A stretch of 44,596 nucleotides of DNA from Candidatus Nanopelagicales bacterium (GTDB lineage Bacteria; Actinomycetota; Actinomycetes; S36-B12), in NCBI GenBank assembly GCA_044233495.1, contig JBIIJX010000001.1, positions 1 through 44,596 of the forward strand, written 5' to 3'. How positions within the stretch are numbered: position 1 is the first letter of the stretch; every line of letters begins with the position of its first letter. The translations under genes and the position numbers were made by a program. The notes beneath the pieces are model-generated. The model ran no database searches. It worked only from the letters and a program-made list of their open reading frames with translations, and was not told where the DNA came from. Shown piece after piece: positions 7,095 to 14,828 of the stretch.

Positions 7095-7682
7095 CTAGCG
7101 GCTCGGGGCCGGCTCGTAGGGGAGGAAGAACCGGGCGAAGACGCGCTTGGCCGCGCGCAGGAAGGCGGTGAAGCCGATCGCCAGGCCACTGGCGGCCTGC
7201 GGGGCGTCGATCGCGTAGGGGTCGCGGCCCTCCGACATCGCGGTGATGCGGAGCTTCATCGAGCCGGCGGTCTGCTCGATGAGGACGCTCGTGACGTCGA
7301 CCACGAGTCCGCGTCCGTACTGAGCGGCGGCGCCCGAGATCGACAGATCGATATTGAGCGAGACCTCAGTGGCGCCGCCGAGGGGCTTCAACGAGATCTG
7401 CATGATCATCGTCGCGGAGCCGCGGCCCTTCTTGTCGGCGCCGAAGGCGTCGAGGACGAGCACCTTGCGTGCCTCGTCGCGCGACTTGATCTTGACGGAG
7501 CCGGAGAACTCCAGCTTCACCGGACCGGCGGAGATGATGACGTCGCCTTCGTACTGGTCATCACCCACCTGGTTGGTGAGGTCGGCGCCCGGGATGCACT
7601 TCGCGACCAACGGAATGTCATCGAAGAACTTCCAGACCTGGTCGACCGGCTGGTCGATCTGGAACGACTGGTTGATCAGCAT
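7095..7682 (-). CDS. coxG: CoxG-type SRPBCC protein (carbon monoxide dehydrogenase subunit G family)
   Basis: From the internal ATG at 7682 (SD GGGAGG): MLINQSFQIDQPVDQVWKFFDDIPLVAKCIPGA...GPVKLEFSG...AAQYGRGLV, typical of CoxG. The C-terminus is hydrophobic/amphipathic (GLAIGFTAFLRAAKRVFARFFLPY). The upstream extension in the track ORF is Arg/Gly-rich junk. Confidence 0.8.
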   Translation of the reverse strand: MLINQSFQIDQPVDQVWKFFDDIPLVAKCIPGADLTNQVGDDQYEGDVIISAGPVKLEFSGSVKIKSRDEARKVLVLDAFGADKKGRGSATMIMQISLKPLGGATEVSLNIDLSISGAAAQYGRGLVVDVTSVLIEQTAGSMKLRITAMSEGRDPYAIDAPQAASGLAIGFTAFLRAAKRVFARFFLPYEPAPSR

Positions 7683-8638
7683 GGAACCTCCCGTGGAATG
7701 AACGCTTCCGGGTCCTTCTCGAATGCCTTCCTGCACCCGGGGGCGCAGAAGTAGTAGGTCGTGCCCTCGAAGTCGAACGGACGATTGGCGGGCACCGCCT
7801 CGACCGTCATCCCGCACACGAGGTCGATGACCTCCTCCGGCTCGATCACCGGGAGCAGCGTGCGCTGCTGCGGCTTGAGGCCTCCGGCGGCGCGGATCTG
7901 CACGAGCTCCGCGAGGATCGATACTGCGATCTCGCGATGATTGGTGTGACCGAGATCGAGCCCGATCGGCACGTGAATGGCCGCCAAACGATCGGCGCTC
8001 ACTCCCCGCTCGGCAAGGTAGCCACGCACGACATCACCGCGCTTGCGCGATGCGACGAGCCCGATGAATGCGGGGGTAGCGCGCAGCGCCTCCTCGAGCA
8101 CCTCCTCGTCGCCATGACCCTGAGTGGCGACGATGACGGCTGACGATTGCTGGACGCTGGTGGCGCTGAAGCCCTCGGGGCTGACCAGCTCGGATCGCCA
8201 GCCGACATCACGTGCGAGGTCGACGAGAGTCATGGCCATCGGCGAGCGGCCGACGACGAGGACGTGCGGTGCTGCTGCGACGGGCTCGACGAAGATCTGC
8301 AGGGCACCATCGCTCTGGCACGAGATGGGCACCGTCATGACGCCGTCAGGCACGTGCATGCCGAGGAAGTCCTGCTCCTGGCCCAGCCAGATGAGCGAGG
8401 ACCTTCCCTCGGCAAGGACCCGCTTCGCCTCCCGGATCAACACCGGCTCGGCGCAGGCGCCGCCGATCCACCCATGGAGAGTGCCGTCGGGCATCACGAT
8501 CGCGCGCGATCCGTAATGCCCGGACGACGGGGGCTGGCGCCAGACGACTGTCGCCATGGCGAATGACTCGCCCCGCGCCATGAGCTCGACCGCGCGAGCC
8601 ATGACGTCGACCCCCTCCATGGGTGACTGCTCGGGCAC
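7676..8638 (-). CDS. XdhC/CoxI-family accessory protein fused to a C-terminal YHS/TRASH-type metal-binding domain
   Basis: 320 aa. The XdhC N-domain is FAMATVVWRQPPSSG...GWIGGACAEP and a Rossmann-like part is PHVLVVGRSPMAM. The C-terminal 45 aa, VCGMTVEAVPANRPFDFEGTTYYFCAPGCRKAFEKDPEAFI, match the YHS/TRASH pattern. The GTG start lies directly after the coxL stop. Confidence 0.8.
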   Translation of the reverse strand: MPEQSPMEGVDVMARAVELMARGESFAMATVVWRQPPSSGHYGSRAIVMPDGTLHGWIGGACAEPVLIREAKRVLAEGRSSLIWLGQEQDFLGMHVPDGVMTVPISCQSDGALQIFVEPVAAAPHVLVVGRSPMAMTLVDLARDVGWRSELVSPEGFSATSVQQSSAVIVATQGHGDEEVLEEALRATPAFIGLVASRKRGDVVRGYLAERGVSADRLAAIHVPIGLDLGHTNHREIAVSILAELVQIRAAGGLKPQQRTLLPVIEPEEVIDLVCGMTVEAVPANRPFDFEGTTYYFCAPGCRKAFEKDPEAFIPREVPC

Positions 8639-8639
8639 G

Positions 8640-11018
8640 TCAGTCGACCTTGACCGGCGGCATACCCGAGATGTCGTTACCGGTGTGCAGTGCCTCGAAC
8701 ACCCGATTGGGCATCAGGGGCATGTCGACGTTGCGAGCCCCTGCATGCTCGATCGCGTTCATGACCGCGTTCACGAACGCGGCCGGCCCTGCGACAGTCG
8801 CGCATTCGCCGACACCCTTGGCGCCGATCGGATGGTGCGGGCACGGCGTGACGACCTCATGGAGCTCGAAGCCGGGAGTCTCCCAGGCTGTCGGCAGCAG
8901 GTAGTCCATGTAGTTCGACCCGATGCAGTTTCCGGACTCGTCGAAGGTGATGTACTGCATGTTCGCCATGGCGTAGGCCTCGGTGAGACCGCCCATGACC
9001 TGCCCCTCGACGACCATCGGGTTGATGCGCACCCCGCAGTCGTCGACGGCCACGAAGTTGAGGACGTCCCAGACACCGGTCTGGGGATCGACCTCGACCT
9101 TGCAGAAGTACGCCGCGAACGGCCAGGTGAGGTTCGGCGGGTCGTAGTAGGCGGTGCTCTCCATGCCGGGCTCCATGCCGTCGGGCATGTTGCTGTACGC
9201 CGCCAGGGCGCAGTCCTGGATGGTGACGCCGCGGTCGTGGTTGCCCCGCACGTAGAACCGACCGAGCTCCCACTCGATGTCCTCCTCGGACACCTCGAGC
9301 AGATGCGCGGCGATCTTGCGTGCCTTGGCCCGGATCTTGCGTGCTGCCATGGCGACGGCTGCGCCGGCGACCGGAGTCGAACGCGACGCGTACGTGCCCA
9401 TGCCGAAGGGCGCCGTGTCGGTGTCGCCCTCCTCGACGACGATGTCGTCGGCCGGGATGCCGAGCTCATGGGCCACGATCTGCGCCCACGTCGTCTCATG
9501 GCCCTGACCCTGCGTCTTCGCTCCAGTGCGCAGGATGCCCTTGCCGGTCATGTGGATGCGCAGTTCGGCGGAGTCGAACATCTTGATGCCGAGGATGTCG
9601 TACTCGCGGCTGTTGCCAGCACCCAGCGGCTCGGTCATGGTCGAGATGCCGATGCCCAGCAGACGGCCGCGCTTGCGGGCCTCCTCCTGCTCCTGCTTGA
9701 AGTTGCGGTAGCCGATGGCCTCCATGCCGACCTCGAGGCACTTCTCGTACTGCCCGGAGTCGGTGAGGAAGCCGAAGGCCGTTCGGTACGGGAACATGTC
9801 GTCCTTGACGAGGTTGACCCGGCGGAACTCCGCCTGGTCCATGCCAAGGTCGTTGGCCGCCGCGTGGATCATCCGCTCCTGGAAGAACATCGCCTCCGTG
9901 ACGCGGAACGAGCAGCGGTAGGCGACACCGCCCGGGGCCTTGTTCGTGTAGTAGCCCACGCTCGTGAGGTGGGCGGCAGGCACGTCGTAGCACGCGAAGG
10001 TCGAGTGCATGAGGCCGATCTTGAACTTGGTCGGCTGCGCATCGGCGAAGAACGCGCCGTGATCGGACGTCGTGTGCATCCGCATCCCGAGGATCTTGCC
10101 GTCCTTGCGCAGCGCCAGCTCACCCTTGAGGTAGACGTCGCGGCCGAACCCGGTCGAGATCAGGTTGCCCGTCTTGTCCTCGATCCACTTCACCGGACGC
10201 TCGGTCAGGATGGAGGCGAGGATCGAGATGACGTACCCGGGGTAGACGGGCACCTTGTTGCCGAAGCCGCCGCCGAGGTCCGGCGAGACGATCCGGATCA
10301 TGTGCTCGGGGAGCTCAGCGACCATCGCGACCGCCGCGCGGATGATGTGCGGAGCCTGTGTCGTCATGTAGACGGTGAGCTTGCCGGTGGAGCGGTCGTA
10401 GTCGGCGATCGAACCGCACGGCTCCAGCGGCGACGGGTGCGAACGCGGGTAGTGCAGCTCGAGCGTGGAGACGACGTCAGCCTCCTCGAACGCCCTGTCG
10501 GTGCGCGCCTTGTCGCCGATCTCCCAGTCGAAGATCTTGTTGGTGGGCTGGTTCTCCTTGTCATCGCGGATCAGGGGCATCGAGGGATCCTGCGCCTGGA
10601 TCGGGTTGACGATGACGGGCAGCTGCTCGTACTCGACGACGATGCGGCTGCAGGCGTCCTTGGCGATGTAGGGGTCGTCCGCGATCACGGCGGCGATCTC
10701 CTGGCCCTGGAAGCGGATCTTGTCCGTGGCCATGACGGCCTGCGTGTCGTACGAGAGCGTCGGCATCCACGCCAGGTTGCGAGCAGCCATCATCTCGCCG
10801 GTGAGCACGAGCCGGACGCCGGGCACCTCCCAAGCAGCAGAGGTGTCGATCGACTTGATGCGGGCGTGGGCGACGTCGGCGCGGAGGATCTCCATGTGGA
10901 GCATCCCCGGCAGGACGATGTCGTCGACGTACCGACCCTTGCCGCGGATGAAGCGGTTGTCCTCGACCCGGCGGCGGCTTGCGCCCATTCCGCCGATCTT
11001 CAGCTCATCAACGGACAT
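8640..11018 (-). CDS. coxL: Form-I aerobic CO dehydrogenase large (molybdopterin) subunit
   Basis: 792 aa from the ATG at 11018 (ATGA overlap with the coxS stop, SD GAGGAGG). The active-site loop GVAYRCSFR is encoded at 9903-9923. General xanthine-oxidase-family Mo-subunit similarity throughout. Confidence 0.92.
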   Translation of the reverse strand: MSVDELKIGGMGASRRRVEDNRFIRGKGRYVDDIVLPGMLHMEILRADVAHARIKSIDTSAAWEVPGVRLVLTGEMMAARNLAWMPTLSYDTQAVMATDKIRFQGQEIAAVIADDPYIAKDACSRIVVEYEQLPVIVNPIQAQDPSMPLIRDDKENQPTNKIFDWEIGDKARTDRAFEEADVVSTLELHYPRSHPSPLEPCGSIADYDRSTGKLTVYMTTQAPHIIRAAVAMVAELPEHMIRIVSPDLGGGFGNKVPVYPGYVISILASILTERPVKWIEDKTGNLISTGFGRDVYLKGELALRKDGKILGMRMHTTSDHGAFFADAQPTKFKIGLMHSTFACYDVPAAHLTSVGYYTNKAPGGVAYRCSFRVTEAMFFQERMIHAAANDLGMDQAEFRRVNLVKDDMFPYRTAFGFLTDSGQYEKCLEVGMEAIGYRNFKQEQEEARKRGRLLGIGISTMTEPLGAGNSREYDILGIKMFDSAELRIHMTGKGILRTGAKTQGQGHETTWAQIVAHELGIPADDIVVEEGDTDTAPFGMGTYASRSTPVAGAAVAMAARKIRAKARKIAAHLLEVSEEDIEWELGRFYVRGNHDRGVTIQDCALAAYSNMPDGMEPGMESTAYYDPPNLTWPFAAYFCKVEVDPQTGVWDVLNFVAVDDCGVRINPMVVEGQVMGGLTEAYAMANMQYITFDESGNCIGSNYMDYLLPTAWETPGFELHEVVTPCPHHPIGAKGVGECATVAGPAAFVNAVMNAIEHAGARNVDMPLMPNRVFEALHTGNDISGMPPVKVD

Positions 11019-11554
11019 CAGGCCTCCTCGCCGTTCTGCGCGCGCATCTTCTCGGCCGCCCACAGGACGGACTTCACGATGTTCTGGTAGCCGGTGCACC
11101 GGCAGAGGTTGCCGGACAGAGCCCAGCGGACGTCGTCCTCAGTGGGGTTCGGGTTGCGCTCCAGCAGCGCCTTGGAGGCGAGCATCATGCCCGGGGTGCA
11201 GAACCCGCACTGGAGGCCGTGGCACTCCTTGAAGCCCTCCTGCACCGGGTGGAGCTCGCTCGCGGTGGCCATTCCCTCGACGGTCTCCACCTCGTGGCCG
11301 TCAGCCTGGACCGCCAGCATCGTGCAGCTCTTCACCGGACGGCCGTCGAAGAGCACCGTGCACGCACCGCAGCTCGTCGTGTCGCAGCCCGTGTGCGTGC
11401 CCGTGAGCTGAAGGCCCTGACGGAGAAGGTGGGCGAGGAGGAGACGCGGCTCGACGTCGACCGTGCGGGGATCACCGTTGACGGTGATCGTGATACGACG
11501 GGTAGGAACGTCGGCGCCCGGATCTGCGGCGACCTCGTTGTACAGGCTCGTCAT
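11018..11554 (-). CDS. coxS: CO dehydrogenase small [2Fe-2S] subunit
   Basis: 178 aa with Cys clusters GCDTTSCGACTV and CGFCTPGM...CRCTGY. Confidence 0.92.
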   Translation of the reverse strand: MTSLYNEVAADPGADVPTRRITITVNGDPRTVDVEPRLLLAHLLRQGLQLTGTHTGCDTTSCGACTVLFDGRPVKSCTMLAVQADGHEVETVEGMATASELHPVQEGFKECHGLQCGFCTPGMMLASKALLERNPNPTEDDVRWALSGNLCRCTGYQNIVKSVLWAAEKMRAQNGEEA

Positions 11555-11556
11555 GG

Positions 11557-12432
11557 TCAGGCTGCCTTCTGCTCGGAGTGGGCGATGTTGTTCAGGATGC
11601 GGGTGACGAAGGTCTTGACGATGTGCCGCTTGTAGTCGGACGACCCTCGATGGTCCGTCCGCGGCTCCGCGACTGCGGCGACCGCCTCAGCGGCAGCGTC
11701 GATGTCCTCAGGCGTGAGGCGCTTGCCCGCCAGTACGGAGATGGCGTCATTGGCATCGATGGTGCGACCGCCGACGCCCGCAAGGGCGCAGCCGGCGCGG
11801 TGCACGACGTCGCCGTGCATGTCGAGGGCTACCGCCACCGACGCGGTGGCGAAGTCACCGACGCGCCTCTCGAGCTTGAGGTAGCTGCCGCGCATGGTGC
11901 CTGTCGCCGGCGGGATGACCGCCTCGACCGCGATCTCGTTGTACGCGAGCGCGTTGGTGAAGGGGCCGAGCACGAAGTTGCGGACGTCGATGGTGCGTCG
12001 GCCATTCGGGCCCTGCGCGATGATCTGCCCGCCGAGCGCCACCATGGTGGCCGCCCAGTCCCCCTGCGGGTCGGCGTGGCAGACCGATCCGACGAAGGTG
12101 CCCCGGGTGCGCACGATCGGGTCGGCGACGAGAGCAGCAGCCGCGGCGAGCGTGGGGTGTGACTCTCCGATGATCGTCGAGAACTCCAGATCCTCGTGCC
12201 GGCACAGCGCGCCAATGCGCAGGGTCCCGTCCGCGTCGAGACGGTGGTAGTCCAGGCCGGGGATGTTGTTGATGTCGACCAGCATGGCCGGCGCGGCGAA
12301 TCGCAGCTTGATCATGGGGATCAGGCTCTGGCCGCCGGCGAGCACCTTGGCCTCTCCGCCGCTGCGATCCAGCAGGGCGATGGCCTCAGCGAGGGAGGTG
12401 GGGGATTCGTAGGCGAAGCGCGACGGGTACAT
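11557..12432 (-). CDS. coxM: CO dehydrogenase medium FAD-binding subunit
   Basis: 291 aa with AGGQSLIPMIKLR and the C-terminal RGSSDYKRH motif, typical of molybdopterin-dehydrogenase FAD-binding subunits. Confidence 0.9.
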   Translation of the reverse strand: MYPSRFAYESPTSLAEAIALLDRSGGEAKVLAGGQSLIPMIKLRFAAPAMLVDINNIPGLDYHRLDADGTLRIGALCRHEDLEFSTIIGESHPTLAAAAALVADPIVRTRGTFVGSVCHADPQGDWAATMVALGGQIIAQGPNGRRTIDVRNFVLGPFTNALAYNEIAVEAVIPPATGTMRGSYLKLERRVGDFATASVAVALDMHGDVVHRAGCALAGVGGRTIDANDAISVLAGKRLTPEDIDAAAEAVAAVAEPRTDHRGSSDYKRHIVKTFVTRILNNIAHSEQKAA

Positions 12433-12447
12433 GGGTTCCTCTCGGAT

Positions 12448-12678
12448 CTAGCCTTGCGGGTCGCGGACAGCCGCGGGGAGGGAGTCGGCATCGGGATCAG
12501 GACGGGGCTCCTGATGGGGAGGCCACGGACCCTGGACGGGCTGGCCCGCCACCTTCAGGTAGTCCATGATCTGCGGCCATGCCCATACGGTCGGGCTGGC
12601 GCCGGTCTTCGGTGAGTTCTCGACGAGGGCGAAGAGGCGCGGGGATCCGGCCTCATGCCCGGTGGACTCAACTGCCAT
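12448..12678 (-). CDS. Hypothetical 76-aa protein, first gene of the coxMSL transcription unit
   Basis: SD GGGAAGGA lies 7 nt before the ATG. GC3 is high. The stop is 15 nt upstream of the coxM ATG, which has its own SD. The C-terminal half is Pro-rich. No recognisable domain. Confidence 0.45.
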   Translation of the reverse strand: MAVESTGHEAGSPRLFALVENSPKTGASPTVWAWPQIMDYLKVAGQPVQGPWPPHQEPRPDPDADSLPAAVRDPQG

Positions 12679-12820
12679 GGAATGTCCTTCCCGACCGCTG
12701 GCTCATCCCCCGATGTGACGGTTCCCACATCCAAGACCCATGACCGAGGGCACGCAAGCCGAAACGAACAATCCCTGACATTCCCCTCTTGGCAATTCTC
12801 GAAGGGGGGTCGGCGAGCCG

Positions 12821-13708
12821 TCAGACCCGCCCGTGCCGCCACGCGATGGCCTGGGCGATGACGGAGACGGCGATCTCCGCCGGGCCGTCCGCCCCGATGT
12901 CGAAGCCGGCCGGGCCATGCACACGACTGATGTCGGTGACATCCCGCAGGGCCAGCCAGTCGGCGCGGGACTGCTGCATGGCCAGTGACCCCAGCGCCCC
13001 GATGTAGCCCGCATCGCTCTCCAGTGCCGCCATGAGGCAGGTGCTGGACATCTCCACGTCGTGACCCATGACCACGACACTGTCCAGAGGAGACAGGGTC
13101 GCCGTGAGTCCGACGACGTTGGCCGGCCGCGGGTCGACTACGGTGCGCCAGCCCAGGAGGGCCCCTTGGGCGGCGAGCGCGTCGGCGATCGGGCCCTGCC
13201 CGGCGATCACGAGCCGGGGAACGGGCGTCACGACGGTGACGATCTCCCGCTCGCCCACGAGGGTCACCGGACGCCCCGCCTCCAGGGCGTCCCGGGCGGC
13301 ACCGGAGGCGGAGAGCGCGGTAGCGACGTCGATGGCGGTGACCACGTCACCGTCGAGGGAGGCCGTCACCGCGATCGACTCCCGCTGCAGGAGCACGGCC
13401 CAGGCCTCCGACGGGAACTGCTCCGCCGGCACGACGAGGAACTCGACCGCCGTTCCCGCCGGGAGGCCGCTGATCTGGCTCTCGAACTCGTTCACCGTGT
13501 GCCGGATCATGCGCCCGGTCGGCAGCTGCCGCGCAGCCGCGTCGCCGAGCAGGCCATCGAAGGCCCCGCCCATCACCATGCCGATCCGGCCGCCGCCTGG
13601 AGTGAAGGCCAGAGCCTCGTCGGACACCGTCGGACCGATCATCCACGCCACATCGGCACGCGTGCCCGATCGGGCGCAGGCGGCGACGCTCAGGGCGATG
13701 TCGTACAC
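12821..13708 (-). CDS. XdhC/CoxF/CoxI-family accessory protein (paralog 2)
   Basis: 295 aa. N-domain with ADVAWMIGP...GG, a Rossmann-like PRLVIAGQGPIADALA, and VVMGHD...AGYIGALGS. Confidence 0.75.
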   Translation of the reverse strand: MYDIALSVAACARSGTRADVAWMIGPTVSDEALAFTPGGGRIGMVMGGAFDGLLGDAAARQLPTGRMIRHTVNEFESQISGLPAGTAVEFLVVPAEQFPSEAWAVLLQRESIAVTASLDGDVVTAIDVATALSASGAARDALEAGRPVTLVGEREIVTVVTPVPRLVIAGQGPIADALAAQGALLGWRTVVDPRPANVVGLTATLSPLDSVVVMGHDVEMSSTCLMAALESDAGYIGALGSLAMQQSRADWLALRDVTDISRVHGPAGFDIGADGPAEIAVSVIAQAIAWRHGRV

Positions 13709-13754
13709 GGCCGCGAGTGTAGGTGCGGCACGGAGGGGCCGCCCGTCCGAGAGG

Positions 13755-14432
13755 TCACGAGCGCGAGGCGAGCCACCAGACGACGGCCACCGCCGCGCCG
13801 ACGATGACGATGACGGGCACGACCCGCTTGAGGACGGGTACGAGTGCGGCGTTGCCGAGGTCGAGGGCCTCGTTGTCGAGCTTCGGCGTCGGAGCGGGGG
13901 CGGGAGACGTCGCGGGCGCTCCGTCGGCGGACCCGGCAGCGGTCGTAGAGGGCGCCGGCTCCGACACGGCTTCGTCCGCCGGGGTTCGGGCCACGATGAC
14001 CTGCTCGAGGTTGCTTGCGAACTGCGTGATCAGCCGCTTCGAGACGTCCGCCATCACTCCTCGGCCGAACTGGGCGGCCTTACCGGTGACGGTGAGGTCG
14101 GTGACGATGGTCGCCCGCGTGCTCCTCGGTCCCTCGGATGTGAGGGTCGCCGTGATCGTGGCACCGGCGGTGCCGGCTCCCTTGGTCTCCCGGCCGGACG
14201 CGTCGATGACCGCGACGTGGGTGGCCTTGTCCTTCGACACGAAGCGCCCCGTGCCGGCGAAGTTCATCGTCACCGGGCCGAGCTTCACCTTCACGTTGGC
14301 GGCGAACTCCTCCCCGTCGAACGAGGTCAGCGTCGCCCCGGGCATGCAGGGAGCGATGGACTCGACGTCGATCAGGGTGTCCCAGGCCGTGTCGATGTCC
14401 GCGGGCACGACGAACGTGTTCTCCAGCTCCAT
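13755..14432 (-). CDS. coxG: CoxG-type SRPBCC protein with a Pro/Ala-rich linker and a C-terminal transmembrane anchor (paralog 2)
   Basis: From the ATG at 14432 (SD GGAGGA): MELENTFVVPADIDTAWDTLIDVESIAPCMPGA...GPVTMNFAG...AAQFGRGVM. This is followed by PAPSTTAAGSADGAPATSPAPAPTP and the TM VVPVIVIVGAAVAVVWWLA. The 85-aa upstream extension in the track ORF was rejected. Confidence 0.75.
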   Translation of the reverse strand: MELENTFVVPADIDTAWDTLIDVESIAPCMPGATLTSFDGEEFAANVKVKLGPVTMNFAGTGRFVSKDKATHVAVIDASGRETKGAGTAGATITATLTSEGPRSTRATIVTDLTVTGKAAQFGRGVMADVSKRLITQFASNLEQVIVARTPADEAVSEPAPSTTAAGSADGAPATSPAPAPTPKLDNEALDLGNAALVPVLKRVVPVIVIVGAAVAVVWWLASRS

Positions 14433-14469
14433 GGGTCCTCCGGGTCGATCAGGTGCGTTCTGGCACGCT

Positions 14470-14489
14470 ATCCGGCCCGCGGGCCGGAT
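14470..14489 (-). terminator. Perfect 20-nt GC-rich palindrome (8-bp stem, CGCG loop) in the moaD-coxG2 spacer
   Basis: atccggcccgcgggccggat equals its own reverse complement. No U-tract follows, so its function (terminator, processing site or operator) is uncertain. Confidence 0.35.
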
Positions 14490-14522
14490 GTGACCGGATT
14501 CGCCCGGCCCACTGCCCGTTGG

Positions 14523-14574
14523 TGCGTCAGTAGGTGGGGGCTCAACGGGCCTGCGGACCCCACCTACTGACGCA
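14523..14574 (-). terminator. Perfect 17-bp inverted repeat with an 18-nt loop, just downstream of moaD
   Basis: tgcgtcagtaggtgggg (14523-14539) and ccccacctactgacgca (14558-14574) are exact reverse complements. The element starts 14 nt after the moaD stop on the minus-strand transcript. No U-tract. Confidence 0.4.
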
Positions 14575-14587
14575 GCAACAGGAGGTC

Positions 14588-14827
14588 TCACCCCCCGGCG
14601 AAGGGCGGCAGCACGTCCACCCGACTCCCCGCCCCCACCCGCGCCGCCGGATCGGTGCAGGCCACCTCGTCCAACAGGTAGGAGCACCTGGGCCGCACTG
14701 CGGCGAAGCCGGGGTAGCGGACCTGGAGGTCGTCGAGGATCGACCCGAGGGTCCCGGGGGTCGCCGTCACGACGGACTCCCCGACCGCGGCCCGCGCTGC
14801 GGCGAACAGGTGCACCTCGACGGACAC
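14588..14827 (-). CDS. moaD: Molybdopterin synthase sulfur-carrier subunit MoaD
   Basis: About 79 aa ending in the diglycine PPFAGG. I chose the GTG at 14827 with GGAGG 5 nt upstream; the track start at 14845 would overlap moaA by 17 nt. Confidence 0.8.
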   Translation of the reverse strand: MSVEVHLFAAARAAVGESVVTATPGTLGSILDDLQVRYPGFAAVRPRCSYLLDEVACTDPAARVGAGSRVDVLPPFAGG

Positions 14828-14828
14828 G

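Noticed and set aside
6321-7754. 477-aa plus-strand ORF across the small-membrane-protein array and coxG1
   Set aside because: Low-complexity Asp/Gly/Arg/His-rich translation, antisense to five ORFs that have SD sequences and TM helices, and to CoxG. Judged a shadow ORF.
8556-11090. 844-aa plus-strand ORF covering the whole coxL region
   Set aside because: It is antisense to a gene with unmistakable CoxL motifs. Its translation is Arg/Asp/Val/Gly-rich with no domain-like features. This is a typical high-GC shadow ORF.
13068-14570. 500-aa plus-strand ORF (also 13061-13807 and 13723-14493) over xdhC2/coxG2
   Set aside because: Antisense to the XdhC and CoxG homologs, with no motifs and an Arg/Ser/Pro-rich translation.
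14433-14687. N-terminal extensions of track ORFs: coxG2 to 14687, SDR to 20615, alkB1 to 41339, moaE to 16468, xdhC3 from 16185, coxL to 11099, coxG1 to 7817
   Set aside because: The extended parts are Arg/Gly/Pro/Ser-rich and overlap neighbouring genes or structured spacers. Internal ATG/GTG codons with SD sequences and ATGA/GTGA coupling give family-typical N-termini.
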